Below are positions 23,601-36,490 of a stretch of 64,000 bases of DNA, piece after piece. Below the pieces are notes generated by a model. That model made no database searches. It had not been told where the DNA came from and saw nothing but the letters and a program-made list of their open reading frames with translations. Origin of the DNA: Selaginella moellendorffii (Eukaryota; Plantae; Lycopodiophyta); the NCBI RefSeq assembly GCF_000143415.4, contig NW_003314352.1, positions 1 through 64,000 on the forward strand. The letters are read 5' to 3'. The position numbers and the translations under genes are program-made. Positions within the stretch are counted from its first letter, which is position 1; the number at the start of each line of letters is the position of its first letter.

Positions 23601-25291
23601 GCCCACAAGAAGGAATTGTTTGCGGTGGTCAAGGCGCTCAAGGAGTGGCGACACTACCTTGGGAGACACTTCAACACGGACAATGTGGCAATGAAACACT
23701 TCTTGTCACAACCCGACCTGAGGGGAAAACAAGGTTGGTGGGCCAATGCTTTGGCCGAGTTTGATTACGAGATTCTGTACAAGCTTGGGAAGAGCAACAT
23801 TGTGGCAGATGCGCTAAGTTGAAAAGCGAGCTTGAAGTTGGCAATATCCAGCACGACAGCAACCTTTTGGGATGATGTGCGGACTGCATACAAGAACGAT
23901 GGTTTAGCACAAGAATTGTTGTTGAGGAATCTAGAGGCATGGGAAGCTCACCAGAGAGGTGAGCTGCCAACAGAAGAGAAAACGGGCTATGTGGAACGCA
24001 ACAAACTCATATATTACAAGCAAACGAGGGTGTATGTTCCAAAAGAGGAACTAAGGAAGGTAGCCTTAGAAGAGTGTCATGACGGACCTCTTGCGGGACA
24101 CAGCAGAGTGCCCAAAACAATGGGCTTACTCAAGAGGAAGTACTACTGGCCAGATATGGCTAAGGACGTCCAAGACTATGTAAAGACATGTCTAACATGT
24201 CAGCAGGTCAAAGTCGTGACTAAAGCTAGTGGGGGCTTGTTACAAAGCATCCCAATTCCAGATTGTCCATGGAAATGTTTTACGATGGACTTCATTACGG
24301 GACTCCCCCCAAGCGAGGGGTTCGATGTGATATTTGTGGTGGTGGATTGATTTTCAAAGATGGCACATTTCATACCCACCACAACAGAAGTGGATGCGAA
24401 AGGTGTGTCGAAGCTGTTCTTCGAACAAGTGGTTCAAGTGCGGGGAAGGCCAGAAGAGATTATCTCAGATCGAGATAAGATCTTCACCAGTGGGTTCTGG
24501 AGAACACTCCTAGAACAGTATTGCACCAAGTTTAAATTCAGCACAGCCTATCACCCACAGACAGGTAATGGGTATTAAGTCAAGTTTGATGGCACTAACA
24601 CTTCTTGACAGACGGACAAACGGAAAGGGTGAATAGGCAGCTAGAGGATTATTTGCGATGCTATGTCTAGGGAGACCAGACCAATTGGGTAAGTCATTTG
24701 GGACTTGCGGAAATGTGTTACAACAATTCACCACATTCGAGCATCGGGGTGAGTCCATGGGAAGTTATCAATGGGCGAGCTATTGAAGGTCTTGTGGAAC
24801 TCGGCGTGGCCAGGTATCATGGAGAGTTACCTGCAGTGGAGGCATTCACGGCGGAAAGACTCAACATTTGGAATCTAGTGAGGGATTCCTTGGAATGGGC
24901 TAAACAAAGGCAAACCAAGTACGTGAACCAGAAGCGCCAGGATGTAGAGTTCTAAGCTGGGGAGAAGGTGTGGCTGAACACCAAGAACCTCAGGCTACCA
25001 AGTGGGATCAGCCGGAAGTTGACCCAAAGGTAAAAATGCATGTATTCCTGTAAATGAATTAATCTTAAGTTCCTTAAGCAGGTTTGCAAGGCCTTATGAA
25101 ATTGAGGCTTGAATCGGTAAAGTGGCTTACCATCTCCGACTTCGAGAAATGGGGAAGATGCACCTCGTGTTCCACATGAACTTACTCAAGCCGTATTTTG
25201 AGGATTCGCTTCGCAAAGACTAAATAAGACTTTTATCTGAGGTTATCCAAGGGGAAGAGGAATACGAAGTCGAGGCCATCCTCAATTTGTG
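19471..25291 (+). mobile_element. Ty3/gypsy chromovirus-type LTR retrotransposon (family A), degenerate, 3' end lost at a nested insertion
   Basis: 5' LTR TG..CA 19471-20636, PBS TGGTATCGGAGC 20640-20651, gag (WFYDMEDYF), CYNCGEAEHFSKEC knuckle, protease LIDTGAS, RT YIDD, RNase H, integrase H-H-C-C/MDFITGLP, HxVFH..LLKPY and chromodomain start EEEYEVEAIL; many in-frame stops. Confidence 0.93.
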
Positions 25292-26388
25292 TGTAAGCGA
25301 CTAATTTTTCTATTCTACTTTAGTCACTTAACCACACCTCCGACCACTTGAAGGAGTCTCATTCACAACCTCCATCAGTCCAATTTAGGACTTGGGACTT
25401 GCTAGCCCCAAGAATGGCATCCATGCCACTCAACACTTGCACCTGGTCCAAGTGCTCCACGTATCCGGTCCCAAGACCGACACCCAAAGGTACCACTGAC
25501 GTCTCGGCCCATTACGCTAAGGCCATGCCCATTCACCTTTGCTGCACTAGTGGTCCAATACCACTTGCATCACCATCCCGTCTCTCCAAGACTGGGCCAT
25601 CTGTCCACGAGTGGTCATCCTAGATCCACACCTTAGCATCCTTAGGATGCCCACAGACATGGGGAATCGCCTTCCCCAAAGTCCCTTTGTCAGTTCCTAC
25701 CAAGTCCCTTCCTGCCCCTGGCCGTGTTTGCTAACATTGCCACTGGATCGAGGCCCACAGGCCCGACCACTAAGTCCCACGGTCCTCTGGGACTTCCTCC
25801 CCACACGACTGTGTCCTTGGTCACTACCCCAGAGGACTGCTCCTCTTCCTTTCCACAGTCTGGGCCTTTGGGACAACATTTCGGAACACCGTGGCCTTAC
25901 GCGAGCCACCTGGGTACTCTCCCTGCCTTTGGCCTTTAGGTGCTCTAGCCATGGGCTTAGAGCGAGGTCCCGTTGAGCCATGCCTGGTATCCAAGTAGGT
26001 AGTGCCACCCACACTTGGATTGGGAGCATCGGCCAGTCGATCTCCCGGGGGAACTAGAGCCGGCTCTTGAACACTTCACCAAGCTACCCCACTTGTCGGT
26101 CCGTATTCACTCTAGTCTTGGACTTCCTAGTGGTCAGTTCATCACCCAACACTAGGTCTGGCCTCCCTGGGCCAAACTGGCCTTTCCTGGCCAAACTGGC
26201 TCCACTGCAGTCCTCCCCCTACTATACTTTTGGAGCTCACCAAACCCCCCAGGGTCTGGGAGACAAACGCTTTGGGCTTTCACCCTCTCAGACTCGAACT
26301 CAGACTCGGACTCGGACTCGGACTCGGACTCGGACTCGGACTCGGACTCGGACTCGGACTCGGACTTGGGCTCAGTCTCAGCCTTGGC

Positions 26389-26419
<31 letters not shown>

Positions 26420-28074
26420 CCGGTCTCAGTCTCAGTCTCGGTCTTGGTCCCAGTCTCGGTCTCGACCTCGGACTCCATCTCGGGTCCTTCTCGGACTCCA
26501 TCTCGGACTCCATCTCGGACTCCGTCTCGGCCCATCTCGGACTCCATCTCGGTCCACCTCGGACTCCATCTCGGACTCCATCTCGGGTCCATCTCGGACT
26601 CCATCTCGGACTCCATCTCGGGTCCATCTTGGACTCCATCTCGGGTCCATCTCGGACTCCGTCTCGGTCCACCTCGGACTCCACTTCGGGTCCATCTCGG
26701 ACTCCATTTCGGACTCCATTTCGGACTCCACTTTGGGTCCATCTCAAACTCCAACTAGGGTCCATCTCGGACTCCATCTTGGACACTTCCATGTGTCATA
26801 TGTTGGTCCTTTTTGGGTCCCTTTTTGGAGCCTTGCTTATTGCTCGCTTCGTGCTCGCTCCTTGAGCACTTTGTTGGGAGTTCCACTCCCGCTCTTGACC
26901 TTCCCAATCAAAGCTTTTAGTCCAAACGTGTTACACTCGTTTGGGCTTTCACTTCGGCCACTACCACATGGCACCCTTTCCGGCTCCACTTTGGGCCCTA
27001 GGGATTTTGTGTCTCACAACTCCACCACCCATAGACGAAGTTCGATGTCCTCATCGAACGGTAAACCATTTTATAAAGGAACACCCGCATATGTTACCAT
27101 TTCCATCCTTGGCACCTAACCAATATTTGTCAATGGTTTGACATTGAAGGCTCACCATGCCTTCTCCATATTCGTCAATGGTTTGACACCAAAGGCTCAC
27201 CATGCCTTGCCCATCCTCCAAGGAGGATAGTCTCTCCAACTTAGAGACTCATTTGACCACCTGGGGTGGGTTGCTCCTTTTCATTGGTTCAGTTCTCGCT
27301 AAACCCGTTAGAGACACCCTCTCTAACTCAATTCCACTACTCATTCTTGAGTAGTCACAGATTCCATTGATCTACCTTTACACTTTGGAACGTTTACTTT
27401 TGACTTCTTGAAGTCAATTTCCTAGCTGTCTCCGACACTTGCCTTGCACATTTTGTGCAACTCCACTTCCCCTCCTAGGAAGTTCTCTACTCGAGGGCAC
27501 CCTCATCCTCTTTTCTATTTTTGTGCCACCATTGGCATTATGTTCCATTTATCATTATTTGTGCTAGGGCTGTCCACGGCCCTATCTTTTGGCTACGTTG
27601 CCGCTCCTCTCTTGGAGCTTTTATTTCGCCAAATCGGAGCACTTGGGAATCTATCCTTGGAAGTCCACTTCCCTTCCCACAATCCGTTAGCACCCAACAC
27701 GTTAGTGTTCTTGGCCTAACTTTGCCATTTGGTTTCTTTCCCATGATTCCCATGGCTCTTTTCTTAGCCATTAGTCTTTTGCTCCTATCCTTGAATGTTG
27801 TACCTAACAACATCGGATCATTACCTCCATTCTCGAGGTATCCTTTTGATTCCATAGCAAAGACTTTTCTTTGCCAAGTCCAAAGGGTGCTCACCCCTAG
27901 TACGTCACTTTAGCATTTCCTGCTGTGGGCTCTATCCATGGCCCAACTTTTGAGACCCTCCCTTGGATCTTTCATAGAGGCCACTTTCCTCGGACTTACT
28001 ATGCCATAACCGTGACATAGCTCATTTCCCATAGGTGCTCTTCCCACTTGGTCACCTTGACCAAGCCACACCAT
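25292..28074 (-). mobile_element. Truncated family B LTR element (3' LTR 25292-27018 plus ~1 kb internal) inserted in the family A chromodomain
   Basis: Aligns by eye to 48167-~50908; TGTAAGCGAC...TCTCACA ends; PPT complement actccaccaccc right after 27018. Confidence 0.88.
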
Positions 28075-28877
28075 TATCAGTAGTTAAGCTCTATTTCGTT
28101 AAAGTGGGATTTATTCAGTAAAATGGGACTAGGTACAAATTTTCAAGTATTTGAAAATGACGTGAAATTATATGTTTTTTGTCCAGGGGCTAGACATATC
28201 TGGGGCATGGTGACTAGCGCGGTGACTTTGTGTCCAGACTGAGTCCATCTGGTTGTATAATAAATCTCATTGTCAAGGTGAACAAGCCAAATCTGAAGCT
28301 AAAGAAGAGCGATGGCATGCGCGCACACACTATTTGTTTGTTCATTGAGCGTGTGGTGAGCTTTCCAAGATGAACGTCATTCCTATTAGCCAGACATATA
28401 ACTTAATGGTGAGAACATTTAGATATTATTCAATGTTATCTTTTTCTAACGAATCTAATTGTGAAGGTGTAGCAAGAGGCATTGCTATTCTGGAGAAGTC
28501 ATTTAACTCATTTGACCCTTAGTGTATTTTCATGAAACTAAATAACATTCATATTATTAAGGAATTTCTCTAGTACCTTTTTTTTACGACATAGAGGCTT
28601 GCATTTCTTTCAAAGGTGATTTAGTAAAAGGCCTGAGGGCACATGCCATTCTATTTCTCAGACCGGTATTAAGATATACTAGTGCAAAGGGAAAAAAGTA
28701 TTTGGTGATCAAGTAAATGGCATGAGGGCACACGCCATTATAAGCCTAAGCGCTAGTGGACACCTCCTTTTTGGTGTCACGCCTCACGCCATCACGCCAT
28801 GCCATCACGCCTCCTCTGATTCAGATTCAAATTGTTCACCTTGAAATAAAATATATTAGAAACTTAGTAAAGGAATA

Positions 28878-31800
28878 TTAATGAATCTCACCTTGAACCC
28901 GGGTTATGAATGCTCTTGCTGCATCTCTTGCATGGTCTGGCAAGGTGATGGTGGCACTCTGCTTCCGCATCCAACCATGCACAACATTATCCACCGATAT
29001 GCTCATGCTGGGATCCCTTGGATTCAGCACCCATCTCTTTTCTAGGCAATCCTTCGTATATCCAGAACTTGGCTTGAACCACTCCATAGTTACATTGAAG
29101 GAGTTAGTTTCCACGTCCTCCTCTGCATCAGTGATGCAGCGCCCCACCCATATCATTTGTTTTTTATTACTGGGTCTGACAAGCACGACCATTCCTTTGC
29201 AGACCTGTACTGGATTGAATGCTGAATCCGGCTTCTTGTTCCTCGGCCCACAATAGTGATCCTCAACATCGTTATCTGTCACTGCATTTCCAGAGGACAT
29301 TGTTCCGCTACTATCTGGTGCTCTGGGTTTCGGCCAAAAGGACTCTTCCAATTCTTCATATACAACCGGCCCATTTTGGATAGCAGATATAATCTTCTCC
29401 CAGTATTCAAGCAAAGGCTTGCACCTCTTAAAATAGGATTCTCCACCAAACACCAACCCCCTCTTCCAGAAGGCAATATGCTATCTAATCCCGGCCACTA
29501 TACTTTCCTGGTCTTTGAGTCCATCCGGGTGCATCGGCCGTGGGGAACCCTGAGGAATCATAGGTTCCCCAGTTATGGGATCTCTCTTGAAGAGTTCAAT
29601 GCTGTCCACTGGCAGCCACACTGTGTCCCATTCTCTCATCTTGTACCTCATCACTAGAGCACCGTCACGCATGCTGAAATGAAACTGAAGAGGCTTGGAG
29701 TGGCCAATCAGCGTTTCGGATCCGTCCCTGATGTAGCCTCTTACAAACCCCTTAAAGTCTGGAACCTCTGTCACAAGTGCAGCTTTAACAGTGCCTTTGA
29801 TGCAATTTTGGAATTCATCGTAGAGTTGTGGGAGGGTGAGGACATTGGATTGCCGGAGGGACTCTGCCAGGTGACTGAACATGGCATCGATGTCTTCATG
29901 AGTGTGCCCAACCATGAGAAAGCCAAGTGTAACCGTTTCAAATATGCCTTTGGCAACAAGCATTGCCAAGTACGCAAAGACGTACATGTTTTTGTTCTCA
30001 CTGCCAGCATTGTCTGTTTGGAGCAGAAGATGGGGTGGAAGGCCACATCGGCCGCAAGAACTTCCTTGAGATTCTGCTTCGTTTGGATGAAGCTGTGCAT
30101 TCACCGGGCGACCAGCCTCGTCGGAATGGCATGAGGCCTCACGTGATAACCCTACAATCTGATGGCCAACATATTCACTGAGATGGCATGGGGCCCCACG
30201 CGATACTGCAAGCCTTTGCTCCTCCTCCAGCTGAACCCTGTATGGGGTTCGATCGACAAGGGCCTTATGCAAGGGTTGGCCGTTCAGCTCAGTCTGCGCA
30301 CTTTGCAGAGACCTTAAGTGTTTTGCTAGGGACACAATCATCATGTTTGCACCCCCACCACCCCATAGAGGTACAAAGAAGTTCCCATAGTTCTGGGCAC
30401 CATGCCCATGAGCGATTATGCCAAACAGAGACACAGGCAGCTGCATGGATGAAGAGATTGCCTTAGGGGCAGGATTGAGTCGAGGTAAGCACGTCTTTTT
30501 CTGGTCCATTTTGTCGTGGATGATGCAGAGGTAAGAGTCAGGTCTCTCCATGGAGAGAATCCTGTTATGATAATATGCAGTCCTGCAGCTTCTCTGCTCG
30601 ATGTTGTGGTCGAGCTGCCTTCTAACCAACGTCTCTCGCTCTTGAGCGCTGCAAGAATTCTTCGACAAAGCCATTTTGATAGCAGTGCACTCGTCACACT
30701 TTGAAAAGCTGGAGTACTTTCCTATACTCACATCCCTGAACCTGTTGCTCCACAATCTACTAAATCTAGATTGGCTCAGCTTCCTGTAGCCATTACTCTG
30801 GAGTTCCCGATTCACATCTTCCAATATGGCCCCCTTGGTATACATGGAAGGGAGAACTCGTTGGGTGTCTCGTGTTCCATCTTCCAAGAGGCGGGTTTTA
30901 TGTGGTTGCTGCTCGCTACATGTCTCGATAAACCTCTTGAAGATTGCCTCTCCATATACAACATGACCCCTGGTTTTGTGCGTACCATCGTTCCCATGGA
31001 CTGCCTGTTGAACCCTTTGTTCCTCGAACTTAGTTTTGATTCTGTAGAATGTGCTTCGAGGGACTCCATAAATGATTCTCCATGCCTTCATGCAGACCAA
31101 ACCCCTCTGAAAGACCATGCCCCCCACCTGATGTTCTGAAGCATCAGTAGATGACCATAATGCCTCATACACAAAATTGCGAGCTGCCTTCCAGGACAAT
31201 GTCTTGTATCTTGCTCTCTCCTCTTCAATAGCATCCTAATCAGCATGTTGACAGCACCTCCTCTTGCAACAAGCAACTGTTGAGACCATTCGAACCTCCA
31301 TCGCCATTTTCTGCCTTTTCGGTTCATTGCTCAGATCCCTTTGGCTGCACTTTAGGAAGGTGTACTTTCTTTTCCCAAGAAGAGATGTTCTGTCATCAGT
31401 TGTAGTGGTGTTTGATTGTGAATCCTTCACATTCTCAAACACTAAATGCCTCAATTTCCACCGCACAATGCTTCCAATAGTCAGACTGTTTTCTTCTGTG
31501 TCAACAACCTCTAAAATCGCAACTCTAATATCATCCCAGCCCAATTCTTGATTAGCAACCGCATCTCTTGGATCGACAACTGTGGCTAAGCCCTTAGCTA
31601 CCACCTCCCCCTCGGGGTTGTTTAGAAACACCTTTGCCTGAATCCATGTAGCACGGTTCTTAAGATCCACGGAGGGAACATGCATCGCACTTGCGCTGTC
31701 CCTAACATCTGCTTTTTTCTGCAGATTTTTCAAGGCAACAACAACATTTACCCCGACGACCATCTCTCCTCGTTCAATAGCGACCACATTCCCATCGAAG

Positions 31801-31946
31801 ACAGTCTCTACTGATACAGCAGCATTGCCTTCCCCAAGCCTTTGACAGTGTATAACAAAGTTCCGATCCATAGACACAAGGGTCCCTTTTGCAACTCTCT
31901 TCCCACCATTCAAAATGTAAACCTTTTCCCCAACCCTGAAGGTCAT
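28878..31946 (-). mobile_element. Sola/DUF7869-like DDD DNA transposase, one ~1020-codon frame interrupted only by two TAG codons (31236-31238, 29481-29483)
   Basis: Three track ORFs are in the same frame (36-nt and 24-nt gaps); motifs FSKCDEC, HDKMDQKK, LLLQTDNAGSENKN, FLMVGHTHEDIDAMFS; duplicated beta-rich N-terminal repeats (VAKG..V..D) and C-terminal MVVLVRP...IWVGR...MEWFKP domain. Confidence 0.75.
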
Positions 31947-33202
31947 TCTCAAAGTGCAGAAAAGAAGTTAAGACCATACAAAAAATGATTGGAGAATGGC
32001 CTAAATCATAACATACCAAATAGCATGAGGCCACATGCCATTATTCAAACATGCTATTGACACCCACGTGAAATTTCCCATTCACAAAATTGGCATGAGG
32101 CCTCATGCCATCTTGATATACACACAGCTGCAGGCAAGTAAAAACATACATGACAATACGCTAGCCATGAAATTGCAAGGGCCCAAGATGGCATGTGGCC
32201 TCATGCCATTTCTAAATGTGGTCCTAAGCCATTCCATGGTGAACATACCAGGAAGCACAAGTGCCGAATATCAAGAGGAAGCGGTAGCCACACCAAAGAC
32301 AGCACCGCTCGCAACACCGCAACTACTCGTAGCGCCGCTCGCACAAACTGCCACTCGCATAAACTGCCGCTCACAATGGCGCTCGCAATGCCGCAACCGC
32401 TTGTAGACGCATAAACCACAACTCACAACGCCACTTACACAAGCAGCGCTCACTGCACTCAGCGGAACCAAGAACACGGCGCACAAAAATAATAGACCTA
32501 GGAATGAGTTCGAGAATTCAAAAATAACACACGCTTGAACATCACATCAAATCCTCTGACAAACCAGATCTTATGATTCCTCTGACAAATTTCAAACTGA
32601 GTAGCTTCTAGACTTTGCTGTCGGAGGTTGAACTTTGTCACATCATGTCCTTGCCTCGATCCAGCTGTGCCATGTCAGTGATTCGAACTTTGCCATGCCG
32701 TGTCAGCGATCCGCGCCAAGATTATTTGCCGTGTAAAGGAATAATTATGCTATGTGTGTACGTCCATTTATGACAATTTAAGGCCACACGCCATTCAAAG
32801 AATAATGCTAGTCGAGCATTTTTTGGTGCATTTTTGGGTTCAAAATTGCATGAGCCCACACGCTATAAAGTTTACCTGTACCAAAAATAGAAACAGCTTT
32901 ATTTACTTGGGAATTTAAGTGGTTGAGGCATTTTTAAACTTACAAACACATGCCCTACTTACATTCCTTTGGTTGCTTAAAATTCAAAAATATTATAAAC
33001 CTTTCTTTTTGCATTTTCAATGTTTTCAATTATGGTTTTTGATTTTCGCAGGACCAGCCTAGTAATCTATTTGCATCCCGTCATGTTTATAGCTAGCTTT
33101 CGTTTGTCCCCTTCGCTAGCCTGAGATACATCTGCTCGGCATCTGCCTCTTACAGCATTTGCCCAGAAAGGGCATCTTTCTTCACGCAGCATTTGCCACA
33201 TG

Positions 33203-33228
33203 TTTAGGGTTTAGGGTTTAGGGTTTAG
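33203..33228 (+). repeat. Short interstitial plant telomere repeat (TTTAGGG)3TTTAG
   Basis: tttagggtttagggtttagggtttag read directly. Confidence 0.9.
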
Positions 33229-34294
33229 CAATTCAGTAGCTTGATAGATGCAAAATCCTTTGATATGTCACAATGCCCCTAGGACCATAAACACATTTCA
33301 ATAGAGAGGGTCTTTTCATTTCATAACTCCTTATGTAGATCTTGGTGAAACTAGAGTTAGTGAAGTTGGTTTCTTGTGATCCCGCATCTGATTGTGATGT
33401 CCCTTTGCAGTGTCGATGGAAAGGTCAATGCACACTAAATTGTAGAATCTTGGAGCAAAATAACGGTTGGATCTATGGCAAATGCCCCTGAAACATTGTA
33501 AGGCTCGTGTGGTCTCATGTGGTGTCCGATCGAGATGCTTCTTTGTAGGGTCATCAAGAAGGACATTGTATACCATTCTGTAAAATCTAGTTGCGATCTA
33601 ACGGTTGGACCTCCAGAAAACTCAAAACAATCTCGCGCGTGTTAGAATATTCTAGGAATATACTCCTATGTGCCCCTGAAAATGGCATGCGGCCCCACGC
33701 CATTCAAGAGATAACGCCAGATGACGCCGAGCATTTTTTGGTGCATTTTTTGGGATCAAAATTGCATGAGCCCACACGCTTGAACGTCACATCAAATCCT
33801 TTGACAATTTATTTAGCTGAACATCTGGCATTTTTGGAAATACAAGATGCTTTGGAATATCCAATCATGCATGGTATAAATATAGCGAGGGTATTAAATG
33901 ATATCCCAATCATGATCTTTCTTTTGGATTTCGCGTGCATGCAGTCCGAGGAATGATGACGTTGCGGATTTCTTTTGGATTTCACGTGCATGCATGCGCG
34001 CGGCGATCCAGAAATTAATGGTGGCGCCCAAGTCCGAGGAATGATTACCAACCGTCGTGACATTTCGCGCGTGTGAGGTTAGGTTTTGCATTTTGCTTCG
34101 TACTCGCGCTCGCACACTCGCGCTCACATCGCGCTCCCACTCGCGATCACGCTCACATTCGCGCTCATCTACCTTCTCTACAGGTTTCTCGTGTGCATCG
34201 GCGTCCACTCGCGCTTGCATCACACTCGCGCTCGCATCGCGCTCGTGTGCATCGGCATCCACTTCAAGACACACCCAGTTTGTAACTTCGCTGC

Positions 34295-35451
34295 TGTAAG
34301 CCACAAATTTTTCCTTTTCAATTTGCCAGCTTACCTCGTCTATCCGACCAACTCTGCCTTGGCTTGTGCTAAGTTCCCTCGCCAAGGTTCCCGCCTATGG
34401 TACCAGCTCCTACTTGGTCCTACTTGGTTTCAGCTACTTACTGCACGAGCAACGGAGTGTTAGCCATCCATCTACGGATTCCCAAATCTCTCCCAATCCC
34501 CCTCCCCGGGTTAGACTAGACTTAAGGTTCAGCTACACTCCCCGCAGGCACAAACAGCCAAGCACACCAAGCCTCCTGTTCCTAACACCACTTGGTACCA
34601 CAAGACTTGATCATGGGACCCTCTAAATCCCAAGTCTTGGGTGCAGCACTTGCTTCGGGACGTCGGGGTGAAACACCGTGGCCTAACGGCCCGGTATGGG
34701 TACCTCTACCCCCCCACTTCCATCCCGAAGGGAAGGCCCAAGCCCCTAGGAAGGGCGAGGACCAATGAGCCACAACGTACTCAAGTGGGGCACCACTCCA
34801 CCTGAGCCGGGAGCACCGCAGTCGGTTTCCCTTTCGGGAGTGGGAGCTGCTCTTGAGCACTTCCCTGGGTGGCCCCTCTGGCACCACTCAGGCCCATGCT
34901 CACTCCCACCCAAGGCCCCTCGGCCCCAATCTCAACCTCAAGTCAGTTTGGAAGCACCACTGGAGAGTTCCTTCAAGACTGGTTCCTGGACCTCACTATC
35001 CCTACTATACTTTTGGAACCACCTGCAGCCCCCCCCCCTGGGAGACGCACGCTTTGGGCTTTCACCCCTTGACCCGTATTAGTATTTGGACTTAGTCTCT
35101 GGCTTGATCTCGGACCCGATTTCGGATCCGACTTCGGATTCGGTCTCGGACTCGATCTCGGACTCGATCTCGGACCCGATCTCGGACCCGACCTCGGACT
35201 CGACCTCGGACTCGGTCTCGAACTCGATTTCGGATCTCGGACTCCGTCTCGAACTCGGTCTTGAACTCGGACTCGAACTCGGTCCCCAAGTCGGTCTCGG
35301 ACTCGATTCCGGACTCTATCTCGAACTCGGTCCTAGAGTCGGTCTTGGACTCGATCCTCGACTTGGTCCCATCCGATGAACTCTTTGTCATTTTGGTCAA
35401 GCTTTTGGGGATCCTTTAGCCTACGACATCTCGGGGAGTCGGTTCCTTACA
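34295..35451 (-). mobile_element. Family A solo LTR with 5-bp TSD GCTGC
   Basis: TGTAAG...TTACA ends, GCTGC at 34290-34294 and 35452-35456, homologous to 19471-20636. Confidence 0.95.
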
Positions 35452-35904
35452 GCTGCCAACTCCGCCGCCCACTCCGCCACCCACACGCAGCCCACTTGGC
35501 GTCCCGGGAGATTTCAGCGCCACTCTCCAACTATAAGTGGCAGAGTAGCCTTGCTGCTATGATCCGCTACACACACAGTGTACATTCGCCAGCGAGTCCG
35601 GTTGTCACGCCTCCATTCGGCTTCAAATGGTAAGTCTTTTAGGCCAAGTAGAAAATGGCATGAGGCCACATGCCATTCAGTAGCAACATTGGCATGCACC
35701 GATTGGGCTCTCGAGTGCAGTCCGGTTACAGATGGCGTGTAGCCTCACGCCATCTTAGGATGCAGCCTCAAGACATCTGATGCAGTGGTGAATGGCGTGT
35801 GGCCTCACGTTATTTCCAGCTGCTAGCTTTTCATCTGTCAGCTCTAATTGTTGTGCATTTCTTAACAGGCGAGGAATTGCATTCTTCTTCCAGCCACTGT
35901 CAAT

Positions 35905-36490
35905 GTGGATGCAGAGAAGGGGGAGGAGCTCACCAGTTGGACTTTCGGGATGGAAGGCGAGGATCTGAGGCTGTACAACACAGATGGTGGGAGAAAAGAA
36001 TGCATGGGGATCCTCATCCAAGTGACAGACACTCCATGCAGTTCCATGCAAGAATATGGACTGGCACTTGTGGTAGAGACAGCGTCTACCTTCAAGATCC
36101 ACCTTGCACATCCTAGCGGCTTCCCGAAGGGGGGCAGTGGCTATGAGGAATTCCTAGAGGGAGCTAGGGAGAGGTTGTCCAGGAGGCCCACAATTTCAAA
36201 GACGCTGCGGGTCTATGAAGATCACATGGAATCCACGGACCTCACCTACGGCGATGTTCAAAAACTATATTCCAACATTGAGCCGTTGAGAGTGCCTCCA
36301 GTTCGCGAAGCGAAGGGGAAGGGGGTCGATCTGGAAACTACCCCGAAGCAGAAAAGGGTGGTCAAGCTCAAGCCGACGTCCGACTCTCCTCCAAAAAAGA
36401 AGCTACTCGGTGATGCCATTGCCTCGGGTTCAAACACTACACCCACCAAAAAGAAGAGCCGCAAAGAGCAAAAAGAGCAAGAAGAGGGCA
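35905..36490 (+). CDS. Unknown protein fragment with basic (NLS-like) tail, possibly second gene of the DNA transposon; cut off by family C retroelement
   Basis: Clean ~195-codon stretch ending PPKKK...KKKSRKEQKEQEE, preceded by three palindrome copies; last ~25 codons of the track ORF are antisense gypsy RT/RNase H. Confidence 0.35.

Larger units (their letters stand above)
28312..35813. repeat. Dispersed 22-bp palindromic repeat ATGGCRTGNGGCCNCAYGCCAT, ~16 copies
   Basis: Copies start at 28312, 28628, 28717, 28771, 30126, 30183, 32020, 32090, 32188, 32781 (half), 32845, 33682, 33761, 35655, 35732, 35792. Confidence 0.9.

Noticed and set aside
26067-27119. Long ORFs such as (RT)n, (LG)n, (SD)n, (ES)n here and at 19503-20165, 48889-49956, 54678-55801
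   Set aside because: Stop-free artefacts of hexamer tandem arrays inside LTRs; open in several frames on both strands
29481-31238. Programmed readthrough or RNA editing of the two TAG codons
   Set aside because: C>T decay at CAG is simpler and matches neighbouring elements; PPR-type editing is organellar
28312-35813. Palindromic repeats as a CRISPR array
   Set aside because: Spacing is irregular (tens of bp to kb), two copies are in a coding frame, no cas genes, eukaryotic context
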